Shown piece after piece: positions 20,241-32,575 of a DNA stretch of 64,000 nucleotides. The position numbers and the translations under genes are program-made. The notes below the pieces were generated by a model, which saw only the letters and a list, made by a program, of their open reading frames with translations, did not search any database and was not told where the DNA came from. The stretch is from NCBI GenBank assembly GCA_963663165.1, contig OY760175.1, positions 1,088,001 to 1,152,000 on the forward strand, read 5' to 3'. Each line of letters starts with the position of its first letter. Within the stretch, counting starts at the first letter, position 1. Origin of the DNA: an uncultured Desulfospira sp. (lineage in GTDB: Bacteria > Desulfobacterota > Desulfobacteria > Desulfobacterales > Desulfobacteraceae).

Positions 20241-21020
20241 ATGCACAATCACCAGAGCAACGAATCATCGGTTGAAAAAGCAATGGCTATTCTCAGCACC
20301 TTTGCCGATCACGACGGCGAAATGGGAATAACCGAAATCGGCACCAAGCTCGGATTTCACAAGTCCACCGCAAACCGGTTGATTAAGAATCTGGAAAGTT
20401 CGGGGTTCCTTCAGCAAAATCCCATTACCAAGAAATATTTTCTGGGAAGGGTGGCGATCCAAATGGGCCAAAGCGCGGTACGGTCCTTAAACAACCGGAT
20501 CATATCAACGGCCATTCCCTTTTTAGAAGACCTGACCCGGCAGACCGGCGAAACATCGGCCCTTGAAATCCTTTCCGGATACAACGTCATTTTAGCGTTT
20601 CATATCCAGGGCCCAAGCCACCTTCACTTTACCTTTCGCCGGGGGGGACTGGTTTATTTAAATGTATCGGTGGGGGCCAAATCCATTCTTTCACACGCAC
20701 AAAATGACTTTCTTGATATCTGCCTTCAGCGCCCGTTCAGGAAATTTAACGAAAATACCATTGTTTCCAAAGAAGCCTTTCGTGCGGCCCTCAAAAAGGT
20801 CAGGGCGGAAGGGGTGGCCTACGACAGGGGGGAGCGGTACCAGGAGATTCACGCCATCGGGGCCCCCATTCTGTTGCCCGGCAAGCCGCCGGAAAGCGCT
20901 GTGGTGATTGCCGGGCCGGCATCCCGGATGACCGATGATTTTTTAAAAACCCTGATCATGCCCATCAAAAAAACCGCCGCCGATATTGCCCAGGCCCTTT
21001 TGGCCCAAAACATCGATTAG
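20241..21020 (+). CDS. IclR-family regulator
   Basis: SVEKAMAIL, HTH GFHKSTANRL, TGETSAL, SVGAKSIL, AIGAPI. Divergent from the Mo enzyme. Confidence 0.94.
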   Translation: MHNHQSNESSVEKAMAILSTFADHDGEMGITEIGTKLGFHKSTANRLIKNLESSGFLQQNPITKKYFLGRVAIQMGQSAVRSLNNRIISTAIPFLEDLTRQTGETSALEILSGYNVILAFHIQGPSHLHFTFRRGGLVYLNVSVGAKSILSHAQNDFLDICLQRPFRKFNENTIVSKEAFRAALKKVRAEGVAYDRGERYQEIHAIGAPILLPGKPPESAVVIAGPASRMTDDFLKTLIMPIKKTAADIAQALLAQNID

Positions 21021-21146
21021 CCTGTTGCCCCGGGTAACCGTATTTGAAATAATACATTTGTGTAGGGGATTAGGCCGAAGGCTGAAGGGATTTAGGGTTG
21101 CGCATCCCCTTCAGCCTAATCACCTTCAGTCTAATTACCTTGCCAT

Positions 21147-22334
21147 CTATTCCATTAATTTGGTGACGGCTTTTTCCAGCCCGTCCAAGGAAAGCTCAAA
21201 CATGGGAAAAATACTGGAAATGGTCAAAATGGTATGGGTATACCCCCACATCCGCTGGGATACGGGGTTAAGCCAGACCGAGTGGGAAAAGGTTTCAGAT
21301 AAAAATTTAAGCTGTTCAAGGCTGGGCCGGCCGCTTCGCTCGGAAATATGGATGGAGCCGTCCCGGGCCATGAGTTCATAGGGGGCCATGGAGGCATCCC
21401 CCACAATGACCAGGCGCGTTTCCGGGTCCAGCTTTGAAAAATCCATGACCTTTTTGGGTTTTCTGTACCGGGCCGGGTCTTCCCATAACTGATCATATAT
21501 GGTGTTATGGAAAAAGTAGGTTTTCACTTCTTTGAACTGGGACCGGGCATAGTCAAACAGGGTCTGGACCACCTCTATATACGGATCCATGGACCAGCCG
21601 CCGTTGTCAATGGCCAGGATCACCTTGAGCCGGTCCTTAAGGGCCCGGTCAAATATCAGTTCGATCTCTCCGGCATTGCGCATGGTCTCCCGGATGGTTT
21701 CATCCACGTTGACCTGGTCTTTAGGGCCTGCCGGGATCATGTTGCGAAGGCGCTTTAAGGCCTCTCCGATCCTTGCCTGGGTCAAGGGGCCGGAGGTTGA
21801 ATAATCCTTATACCGCCGCTCATTGGCCACCTTTACCGCGGATTTGTTCCGGGATTCGCCGCCCACCCGCATGCCGCCGGGATGATAGCCGGAATGGCCC
21901 ACCGGGGAAAAACCGCCGGTCCCGATCCATTTGTTCCCGCCGTCATGACGGCCGTCCTGATCCTTGAGCCGCGCCTTAAAGTAGTCAATGAGCTCTTCCG
22001 GGGACATCTGGTTGAGTTTTTCCTGGCTCACCCCCAGGGCATCGGCCATCTGTTTGGGGTTTTTGAGCCACTCATCCAGCATGGCGCGGGCCACTTCATC
22101 CACCTCAAACCCCTTATCCTCGGGCAGGGGCACCCCTTCAAAATAATGGGCAAACACCTGGTCATACAAATCAAAATACCGCTCGCTTTTCACCAGGATG
22201 GCTCGGGCACAGGTATAAAAGTCATCTAAGCTGTTGATGCTCCCCTGGCTTAAGGCCTTTTGCAGGGTCAAAAAAGAGGTGGGGGATACGGGAATGCCCG
22301 CCTCCCTCAGGATATAAAAAAACCGGATAAACAT
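21147..22334 (-). CDS. VWA-domain protein (CoxE-like)
   Basis: IDNGGWSM MIDAS-like motif, HDGGNKWIGTGG, YFFHN, VGDASM, WLNP. Confidence 0.88.
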   Translation of the reverse strand: MFIRFFYILREAGIPVSPTSFLTLQKALSQGSINSLDDFYTCARAILVKSERYFDLYDQVFAHYFEGVPLPEDKGFEVDEVARAMLDEWLKNPKQMADALGVSQEKLNQMSPEELIDYFKARLKDQDGRHDGGNKWIGTGGFSPVGHSGYHPGGMRVGGESRNKSAVKVANERRYKDYSTSGPLTQARIGEALKRLRNMIPAGPKDQVNVDETIRETMRNAGEIELIFDRALKDRLKVILAIDNGGWSMDPYIEVVQTLFDYARSQFKEVKTYFFHNTIYDQLWEDPARYRKPKKVMDFSKLDPETRLVIVGDASMAPYELMARDGSIHISERSGRPSLEQLKFLSETFSHSVWLNPVSQRMWGYTHTILTISSIFPMFELSLDGLEKAVTKLME

Positions 22335-22343
22335 GGCCGCCCC

Positions 22344-23195
22344 TTAAAACAGTTTGCGCCGGGACGTGATATTCTGGGCTCTTTCGTAATCCGGGCTTTT
22401 TTTAAACAGGACGCCAAGAAAGGGCAGCTTGCCGTTGACCAGATCCTTGGCTCTGAAATCCGGGTCCGCATCCAGAGCCCTGATCCAGTTGATCAGTTCC
22501 CGGGTGGCCGGTTTTTTTTCAACCGCCTCGATTTCCCTTAAACTGTAAAAAGCCTGAATGGCGTTTTCAGCCAGGTTGGCGTCAATATGCTCAAAATGAA
22601 CCCCGATGATTTTGCGCATCATCTTGGGATCGGGAAAGGCAATGTGATGAAAATTACACCGGCCCAGGAAAGGGTCTGACAGGTCTTTTTTGGCATTGGA
22701 GGTGATGATGATCACCGGCCGGTTTTTGGCCTGAATGGTCTGGTCGGTTTCAATAATGTCAAACTGCATCTGGTCCAAAACATCAAGCATGTCATCCTGA
22801 AAATCCGTGTCAGCCTTGTCAATCTCATCGATAAGCAGCACCGTCTTCCGGTCGGCACAAAAGGCCTGGCCGATCTTTCCCATCTTGATGTACTCATTGA
22901 TATCGCTCACGTCCCGCTTGGAGTCCCCAAACCTTGAATCATTCAGCCGGGTCAAGGTATCATACTGATAAAGGGCTTCCACAAGCTTCATGCTCGACTT
23001 GACGTTCAGGATGATCAGGGGCATGGAAAGGCTTTCGGCAATGGCATGGGCCAGCATGGTCTTTCCGGTTCCGGGTTCTCCCTTGAGCAGCAACGGCATT
23101 TCAAGGGTCATGGATATATTGACAATGGAGGCCAGTTCCGCATCCAGAACATATTTTCTGGCTCCCTGGAATTTGGTATCACCGGATTGGGTCAT
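22344..23195 (-). CDS. MoxR-family AAA+ ATPase
   Basis: LKGEPGTGKT, LLIDEIDKAD, ITSN, KKPATRELI. Start at MTQSG. Confidence 0.92.
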   Translation of the reverse strand: MTQSGDTKFQGARKYVLDAELASIVNISMTLEMPLLLKGEPGTGKTMLAHAIAESLSMPLIILNVKSSMKLVEALYQYDTLTRLNDSRFGDSKRDVSDINEYIKMGKIGQAFCADRKTVLLIDEIDKADTDFQDDMLDVLDQMQFDIIETDQTIQAKNRPVIIITSNAKKDLSDPFLGRCNFHHIAFPDPKMMRKIIGVHFEHIDANLAENAIQAFYSLREIEAVEKKPATRELINWIRALDADPDFRAKDLVNGKLPFLGVLFKKSPDYERAQNITSRRKLF

Positions 23196-23473
23196 TTTAT
23201 ACTCTCTTATCTTGGCAGTTATCATAAGGCCGGCCGGTATAACCTTAGACCTTATGGATTTTATGGATTCCGACCGTACAGCCGCTGTTGGGTTGGAGCA
23301 AATATAATACCGATACCAATCTTTGCACAAGGTTTTTTGAGAAAATCAATTTTTATGACATATTTGTTCTTTTTTATTTTGACGGCTTAAATTCTAAATC
23401 ATTGACACTGTTCAAGCTTAAATGGTAAAAGTTGCCCAATAAACTTCAAGCGACACAAACTTAGGAGACAACT

Positions 23474-23659
23474 ATGATTGGTGGAATTGGGATGCCTGAA
23501 CTGATCATCATTCTGGTGATTATTCTGATCATTTTTGGTGCCGGCAAGCTGCCTGAAATTGGTGCGGGACTGGGAAAAGGTATTAAAAACTTTAAAAAAG
23601 CCACTAAAGAGCCCATTGAAGATACCAAAGACGACCCCCCTAAAATCGACCAGGATTAA
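23474..23659 (+). CDS. tatA: Twin-arginine translocase subunit A
   Basis: GMPELIIIL...[27 protein letters not shown]. Confidence 0.95.
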   Translation: MIGGIGMPELIIILVIILIIFGAGKLPEIGAGLGKGIKNFKKATKEPIEDTKDDPPKIDQD

Positions 23660-23912
23660 ACGGCCTGACAGATCGGATCATCCACAGCCGGGCGATGGCC
23701 TTTCCCGGCTGTCTTGTTTTTAACGCCTTCAACAGAACTTGCCTGCCGATTATCTCTCAACCGTTTCAGCATCAACCACCGCGCAGGACAAATTACAAAA
23801 ATGGGGTGTTTTAATTTGATTTAGGTACATTTTTGTAATTCAATTTTTGTTTTTCTTAAAAATTCGTTCGATATTTATGGACAAAAATCCAAAGCCCTTG
23901 TCGTTTAAAGGC

Positions 23913-23928
23913 TGGCACGCCCATTGCT
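23913..23928 (+). promoter_or_regulatory. Sigma54 -24/-12 promoter of glnD-glnB-glnA
   Basis: TGGCAC-GCCCA-TTGCT, an exact consensus match. Confidence 0.85.
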
Positions 23929-24021
23929 TATAACTTTACCGGTTTGGAAATGCGAGCCGCGGTACTGAACAGGAAAAAACCAAATATTACACGGAAGATT
24001 AGCAGCAGCATTAACACCATT

Positions 24022-26980
<2,959 letters not shown>

Positions 26981-27017
26981 ACCATACCCATTTAACCAAA
27001 ACAAGAAAGGAACAAAA

Positions 27018-28430
27018 ATGACACCAACAGACGTACTGGCAATGATCAAAGAAAACGATGTGAAAATTGTTGACATCAGGTGGCTGGACTTCATCGGCAC
27101 CTGGCAGCACTTTTCAGTCCCCGTTGCAGAGCTTACCGAATCCTCATTTGAAGACGGCTTCGGATTTGACGGATCTTCCATGAGGGCATGGCAGGACATC
27201 AACAACTCTGACATGATCGTTCTCCCGGACCCGGACACCGCCAAAATCGATCCCTTTTTCAAGGTCCCGACCCTGGCCATTATCGGCAACATCCATGACC
27301 CCATCACCCAGGAAGCTTACTCCAGGGACCCCAGGGGAATTGCCAAACGGGTAGAAGCCTACATCAAAACCACCGGCCTCGGCGATACCATTTATATTGG
27401 TCCTGAACCTGAATTTTTCATCTTCTCCAACATCCGGTATGCCTCAGAAGCCCATGCATCCTTCTTTGAAATTGACTCCCCGGAAGCCAACTGGAACACC
27501 GGCGAAGGCGACATCCCCAACCTGGGTTACAAAATCCGGCCCAAATCCGGGTACTTCCCCCTTCCCCCCACAGACCAGTACCAGGACATGAGAACTGAAA
27601 TGATGCTGACTCTGGAAAGCCTTGGCATTGCCATGGAATGCCAGCATCACGAAGTGGCCTCTGCCGGCCAGTCCGAAATTGACTTGCGGTTTGACTCCCT
27701 GACCAACATGGGCGACAAACTGGCCTGGTTCAAATATGTATTAAGAAACGTGGCCGCCAAATACAACCATACTGTCACCTTCATGCCCAAACCGCTTTAC
27801 GGTGACAACGGCACCGGCATGCACACCCATTTAAGTTTCTGGAAAGACGGCAACCCCACCTTTGCCGGCAACCAGTATGCAGGCATGTCACAGGAAGCCC
27901 TCTGGGCCATCGGCGGTATCATGAAACACTGCAAAGCCCTGTGCGCCATCACCAACCCGACCACCAACTCATACAAACGTCTGGTTCCCGGGTTTGAAGC
28001 GCCCATTAAACTGGCTTACTCCAGCCGGAACAGATCGGCTGCCATCCGTCTGCCCATGTACTCGAGCTCTCCCAAGGCAAAACGGATCGAGTTCAGAACT
28101 CCGGACCCCTCTGCCAACGGCTACATGGCCTTCTCCGCCATGGCCATGGCCATGATCGACGGTATCCAGAACAAGCTTGATCCGGGCGATCCCATGGATA
28201 AAAACATCTATGATCTGCCCCCCGAAGAACTGGCCACCATCCCGTCCGCTCCAGGCTCCCTTGAAGAAGCGCTTGAAGCACTCAAAGAAGACCATGACTT
28301 CCTGCTCAAGGGCGATGTGTTCACCAAGGACGTTATCGACTACTGGATTGACTACAAGATGGAAAACGAAGTTAAACCCGTTATCAGCCGTCCCCATCCC
28401 CATGAGTTCTACCTGTACTATGACATTTAA
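27018..28430 (+). CDS. glnA: Glutamine synthetase type I
   Basis: FDGSS, HHEVA, FMPKP..GDNGTGMH, NSYKRLVPGFEAP, KNIYDLPP. Start MTPTDV after AAGGA. Confidence 0.97.
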   Translation: MTPTDVLAMIKENDVKIVDIRWLDFIGTWQHFSVPVAELTESSFEDGFGFDGSSMRAWQDINNSDMIVLPDPDTAKIDPFFKVPTLAIIGNIHDPITQEAYSRDPRGIAKRVEAYIKTTGLGDTIYIGPEPEFFIFSNIRYASEAHASFFEIDSPEANWNTGEGDIPNLGYKIRPKSGYFPLPPTDQYQDMRTEMMLTLESLGIAMECQHHEVASAGQSEIDLRFDSLTNMGDKLAWFKYVLRNVAAKYNHTVTFMPKPLYGDNGTGMHTHLSFWKDGNPTFAGNQYAGMSQEALWAIGGIMKHCKALCAITNPTTNSYKRLVPGFEAPIKLAYSSRNRSAAIRLPMYSSSPKAKRIEFRTPDPSANGYMAFSAMAMAMIDGIQNKLDPGDPMDKNIYDLPPEELATIPSAPGSLEEALEALKEDHDFLLKGDVFTKDVIDYWIDYKMENEVKPVISRPHPHEFYLYYDI

Positions 28431-28462
28431 TTTAACCTGAAGTATTAATTGCCTCTCCTTAG

Positions 28463-28504
28463 CCTGCCCCGGGAATTGACTCTCTCCCCCGGGGCAGGTT
28501 TTTT
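28463..28504 (+). terminator. glnA intrinsic terminator
   Basis: CCTGCCCCGGG...CCCGGGGCAGG followed by T6. Confidence 0.8.
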
Positions 28505-28508
28505 GATT

Positions 28509-28540
28509 TTAGCTTTTAGCTGTTAGCCTTTAGCTGTTAG
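28509..28540. repeat. TTAGCTK heptamer tandem repeat
   Basis: ttagctt ttagctg ttagcct ttagctg ttag; same unit as 50136-50198. Confidence 0.8.
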
Positions 28541-28678
28541 GCAGGCCTTTTGGCATGGCGCGCCCGCCCGCTTCGCTTATAACCTAAATGCTTCATAACT
28601 TTTTTTGATGCAATCAAAAAGAAAATACGCTATAAGAAAACCTGTTTTTAACCAGCATAGGAGATAACCACACACACC

Positions 28679-29566
28679 ATGGGATTCTTATCTAACAGAT
28701 GTCGTCCAGGCCTTCTCATCCTTATTTTCCTGATGTTAATCACATGCTCCCATGCCTGGGCTGCCGGAAAACAGGCCCCCGGGGCAAAGGACCTGGATGC
28801 CCTGGCCCAGCGGCTGATCGCTGACGGGTTTGCCCCTGAAAAGATTACCCCTCTGTTTACCCAGAAGACCGTATTTTTTGATCCCGACGGTGTATCCCTG
28901 TTTTTCATCCATACCGAATCCAGCCTCAACTACGACCAGTTCACCACCAAAGAATCCATTGCCAAAGCGGCCAACTATATCAAAACCCACAAAGAGACCC
29001 TGGATAAGGCAGAAGCCGATTATGGCGTAGACAAAACCGCCATTGCCGCCATCCTCCTGGTGGAGACCCAGCTCGGCAGTTATCTGGGCAACCGGACGGT
29101 CATCAACACCCTGTCCACCATGGCCGCCCTGACAGACCCGGTTCTGGTGGAAAAAATATGGAACTCCATTCCTGACAAGAAAAAACCCAGCCGGGAAAAA
29201 TTCTTAGAAAAAGTCGAAAAAAAATCCGCGTGGGGATACGAGGAACTCAAGGCACTGCTCCAATATACGGAAAGGGAACAGCTATCCCCAGAATCCATCA
29301 AAGGCTCTTATGCCGGGGCCATGGGAATCCCCCAGTTCATGCCTTCCAACGCCCTGACCCTGGCCCGGGACGGCAATGCCGACGGCAAAATCGACTTATT
29401 TAACCATGAAGACGCCATTGTCAGCGTGGCCAACTATCTCAAAAGCCACGGCTGGAAACCGGACATCTCCCGCCAGCGCCGTCACGAGGTCCTGTTCGAG
29501 TACAACCATTCCAACTACTATGTAGATACCCTGATGAAAATTTCAGACAAGCTCAAGGAAGGATAA
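28679..29566 (+). CDS. mltB: MltB-like lytic transglycosylase
   Basis: ILLVET, GSYAGAMGIPQFMPS, DGNADGKIDL, SVANYL, YNHS. Confidence 0.9.
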   Translation: MGFLSNRCRPGLLILIFLMLITCSHAWAAGKQAPGAKDLDALAQRLIADGFAPEKITPLFTQKTVFFDPDGVSLFFIHTESSLNYDQFTTKESIAKAANYIKTHKETLDKAEADYGVDKTAIAAILLVETQLGSYLGNRTVINTLSTMAALTDPVLVEKIWNSIPDKKKPSREKFLEKVEKKSAWGYEELKALLQYTEREQLSPESIKGSYAGAMGIPQFMPSNALTLARDGNADGKIDLFNHEDAIVSVANYLKSHGWKPDISRQRRHEVLFEYNHSNYYVDTLMKISDKLKEG

Positions 29567-29579
29567 CCCCTAAACACCC

Positions 29580-29792
29580 ATGGACAATACCGTTTTATAT
29601 ATCCTGCTCATTGCCGGCATCTCGTTGATCCTGACCATGCTGTCCCTTATCGACATCATCAAAAAAGACTTTCCCTCCACCCGGATGAAAGTCATGTGGC
29701 ACTTCATCGCCCTGATCCCGCTTATCGGCTGGCTGATCTACCTGATTTTCGGGTTCCGCACGGGAAAGAAAAAAACGTTTCCCGAACCCTGA
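29580..29792 (+). CDS. Small two-TM PLDc_N-domain membrane protein
   Basis: LIDIIK..F...KVMW..IALIPLIGWLIYLIFG pattern. Confidence 0.8.
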   Translation: MDNTVLYILLIAGISLILTMLSLIDIIKKDFPSTRMKVMWHFIALIPLIGWLIYLIFGFRTGKKKTFPEP

Positions 29793-29857
29793 GAATCGTA
29801 ATTTTCGTTGACTTTCCAGGGAACTTCATATAACTATACCCCTTGCATATAAACTTT

Positions 29858-29933
29858 GGTCCCATCGTCTAGTGGTTCAGGACGCCGGCCTCTCACGCCG
29901 GTAACACGGGTTCGAATCCCGTTGGGATCACCA
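29858..29933 (+). tRNA. tRNA-Glu (anticodon CTC)
   Basis: GGTCCCA/TGGGATC acceptor stem, anticodon arm CCGGC-ctCTCac-GCCGG, GGTTCGAATCC, encoded CCA; 76 nt. Confidence 0.97.
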
Positions 29934-29943
29934 CCATACAGAT

Positions 29944-29976
29944 AAAGGCTTTCAGCGATTTGCTGAGAGCCTTTTT
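29944..29976 (+). terminator. Terminator after tRNA
   Basis: AAAAGGCTTTCAGC...GCTGAGAGCCTTTTT. Confidence 0.75.
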
Positions 29977-30112
29977 GATTTTAGGGCATTTGATTTCCCA
30001 ACCGTATTTTCAACCTTTTGTTTTGGGAGTATATCAGGGTAGATACTCTTAACAGGGGGAACAAAGAGCTACGCATCCTTGTGCAGCGTTCGTTGTTTTT
30101 GGCTCATCATAA

Positions 30113-30682
30113 TTAAAACCCTGAAATATCTATTCCAAATGTTTCTAAGACTTCTTCAAGAAAAGTTTTGTATGGCAGATCATTGGTGTAAGATAGCCAG
30201 CCAACCAGTTCTTTTATTTTTGTTTTATCGATATGATTGGCTTCATGCATTTTTATAAGCAATGACATTATCCGCATGACCTTGATGTTCATAGACTTTG
30301 CAAGGTCGATCATATTTTTGTCGTCTGTGATGACCGGGATGTCAAGGACATACCCTGCTGACAGCGCTCGAACATCTACCGGAGAAGCGCCATAGCCATT
30401 GTTAATGTTTTGTTCCCAAATATACGTTTCCGCGAGATTGATATCTTTTATATTTTGCTTGGAAAGTGTCAGGTACTTGCACCTGTTCTTTTTAAATTTT
30501 TCGTCATTTACCCATGGAAATTTTCTCTTAAGCCGTTGCTGCCGTTCAAACTCTTTTTGAAAATCTTTAATCAGGTATAATGTGAATTCCTCTTTACCAA
30601 ATGAAACAAAAAGAAGCGGATGGATGCTGTAAGCAAGCCTGAGATATGCGTTGGTATCAAGAAGAAGTTTTGTTTGTGGCAT
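30113..30682 (-). CDS. PIN-domain-like protein
   Basis: LLLDTNAY, VDVRAL, VITDD acidic pattern; translationally coupled to the upstream gene. Confidence 0.75.
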   Translation of the reverse strand: MPQTKLLLDTNAYLRLAYSIHPLLFVSFGKEEFTLYLIKDFQKEFERQQRLKRKFPWVNDEKFKKNRCKYLTLSKQNIKDINLAETYIWEQNINNGYGASPVDVRALSAGYVLDIPVITDDKNMIDLAKSMNIKVMRIMSLLIKMHEANHIDKTKIKELVGWLSYTNDLPYKTFLEEVLETFGIDISGF

Positions 30683-31818
30683 TACCGGGTCAGATCCGCA
30701 TGGATTTCCTTTGCATCAAGAAGGGTTGACCCTAAGACTGTTTGAACGAAGCCGGCAGATTTTTCAGTTTCGGATAAATATTTTTTCAATATTTTGAAAA
30801 ATGGCGTTTTAAAGATTTTTTCAGAAATATGGATATACATTTCTGCCGTTAACGGTCTCCCGTTGGTCAGCGTCTCACTGACTTTTGGATATTTTTTATT
30901 AAAATTGGTTGTGGCCCCGTACAAACTTTTATCAAATTTTAAAATCCGTTCCCCATAATGCTTGGCGTAACTGTTGATGGCTTTGTAGATAGTTATGGGT
31001 GAGATGTAATGTTTTTTGGCATATGAAAAAATTATGGCTACTTTTTTGGTCGTTTCTTTTTGCCGCGTTATATCCCGGTATGCTGTTTGTGAAAGTTCTT
31101 CCGGGAACAAAAAAGCCTGGGCAAACTGATCCGCGAAATCTTCACTTTTGTCGATGTTATCATTTAATGACGGAGAGATCAGATGCCCTAACTCATGAAC
31201 CATCCAAAACAAAAAATCGTTAACATGGCTGTCAATATTCAGATAAACCCATGTTGTTTTTGAGCCTGGCAAAAAAATTCTAAGGGCGTTTCCATGGGCA
31301 TCTTTGTTCCCCCACAAAACGGGGATAATAATAACTTCCAAGTCTACAAATTTTTGGATTAATTTTTCATAGGCTATGGGGTCACCGTTTCCAACGCCGA
31401 TATCCTGCCTTATTTTGGCTGCCACTTTTTGAAGGTAATCATATTCAGATGACGGATTTTTCAACGTCGGCGGCTGAACCAGATTTTCAAACGGATAGAA
31501 TTCAAGAAGCCGCTCTAAAAGCCGCCCCATGTCAGTGGCTTTCTCAAAATGTTCATCCTTTGTCTTCCGGTTCATTTTTTTTCTAAAGGACACCATGGGA
31601 GCCAGAGGACCAGGCTGCTCGATGACCAGTTTATTCAGCGGCAGCCCCAATGTTATCCCGAGTTTGAGCAATTTATCCGGTCTCGGGAATTTATCTTCCT
31701 TTAACCAGTTGGAAATAATGGTCCTGGACACAGACAAAGCCTCAGACAGGTTGGCCTGGTTTAAACCCTTTTCCTGCATGGCGTCCTGAATAAGGGGGAT
31801 ATTTAATTGCTTATTCAT
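30682..31818 (-). CDS. XRE HTH-ImmA/IrrE metallopeptidase fusion
   Basis: N-terminal HTH (GLNQANLSEAL..SRTIISNW), SFRK linker, HELGH, EDFADQFAQAFLFP. Confidence 0.88.
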   Translation of the reverse strand: MNKQLNIPLIQDAMQEKGLNQANLSEALSVSRTIISNWLKEDKFPRPDKLLKLGITLGLPLNKLVIEQPGPLAPMVSFRKKMNRKTKDEHFEKATDMGRLLERLLEFYPFENLVQPPTLKNPSSEYDYLQKVAAKIRQDIGVGNGDPIAYEKLIQKFVDLEVIIIPVLWGNKDAHGNALRIFLPGSKTTWVYLNIDSHVNDFLFWMVHELGHLISPSLNDNIDKSEDFADQFAQAFLFPEELSQTAYRDITRQKETTKKVAIIFSYAKKHYISPITIYKAINSYAKHYGERILKFDKSLYGATTNFNKKYPKVSETLTNGRPLTAEMYIHISEKIFKTPFFKILKKYLSETEKSAGFVQTVLGSTLLDAKEIHADLTR

Positions 31819-31867
31819 AGGTTATTATTAATCCTCTTGTAAACTTTTGTCAACTTTAATTTGTGTA

Positions 31868-32575
31868 TTAGAGATCAAGGCCGGCGCCATGCTTTTTTAA
31901 CCATTGCTTTCTTTCGCGGTAATCCGGCATCACCTTGTCCACTTCATTCCAGAACAGGTCGGTGTGATTGCGGTGGTGAATATGGCAAAGCTCGTGAACC
32001 ACCATGTAATCAATTATCTGAGGGGATGCCATCATGCATTTCCAATGAAATTGCAACAGATTGTTTTTTGTGCAACTGGCCCAGCGGTATCCCATATCCT
32101 TAACTTTAACCCCTGTGGGCTGAACCCCGACTTTGGGCGCATAATAGGCAATCCGGCCTTTAATCCGGTTTTCCCCCTTGGATTCATAGAAGGATTCAAA
32201 TGCTTTTTTTGCCGCGCCTTCGCCGTGTTCGTCGATTAAAGAGCGTTTCAAACAGAACCGGCCTTGATTAAGCTTTAAATCAGCGGCTTGATCCGTCACC
32301 AGGGACAAGCGATAACTGCGCCCCAGGTATAGAAAAGATTCGCCATTGACCCACTCCCGGACCACCGCCGCAGCATTCAGGTCCCGCCACTGTGCAAGAT
32401 TTTTGTAAATCCACATCCGTTTGCTGTGAACCACTGCATCCACCTGTTCAGGTGTAAACCCCTGGGGGGGCCTGACGGTCACCACCCCATCCCGTTCGAT
32501 GACAATATCGGTGGTTTTGCGTTGGGTCCCGGGAAGCAGGATATAGTCTATATCGTCTATATGTCGGGCATTCAT
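31868..32575 (-). CDS. YgjP/DUF45 (M48-like) metallopeptidase associated with type I RM
   Basis: RWASC, IDYMVVHELCH...NH...FW. Confidence 0.9.
   Translation of the reverse strand: MNARHIDDIDYILLPGTQRKTTDIVIERDGVVTVRPPQGFTPEQVDAVVHSKRMWIYKNLAQWRDLNAAAVVREWVNGESFLYLGRSYRLSLVTDQAADLKLNQGRFCLKRSLIDEHGEGAAKKAFESFYESKGENRIKGRIAYYAPKVGVQPTGVKVKDMGYRWASCTKNNLLQFHWKCMMASPQIIDYMVVHELCHIHHRNHTDLFWNEVDKVMPDYRERKQWLKKHGAGLDL

Noticed and set aside
23474..23659. Tat export of the Mo enzymes
   Set aside because: None of the three visible large-subunit N-termini has a twin-arginine signal, so proximity to tatA/tatD appears incidental.
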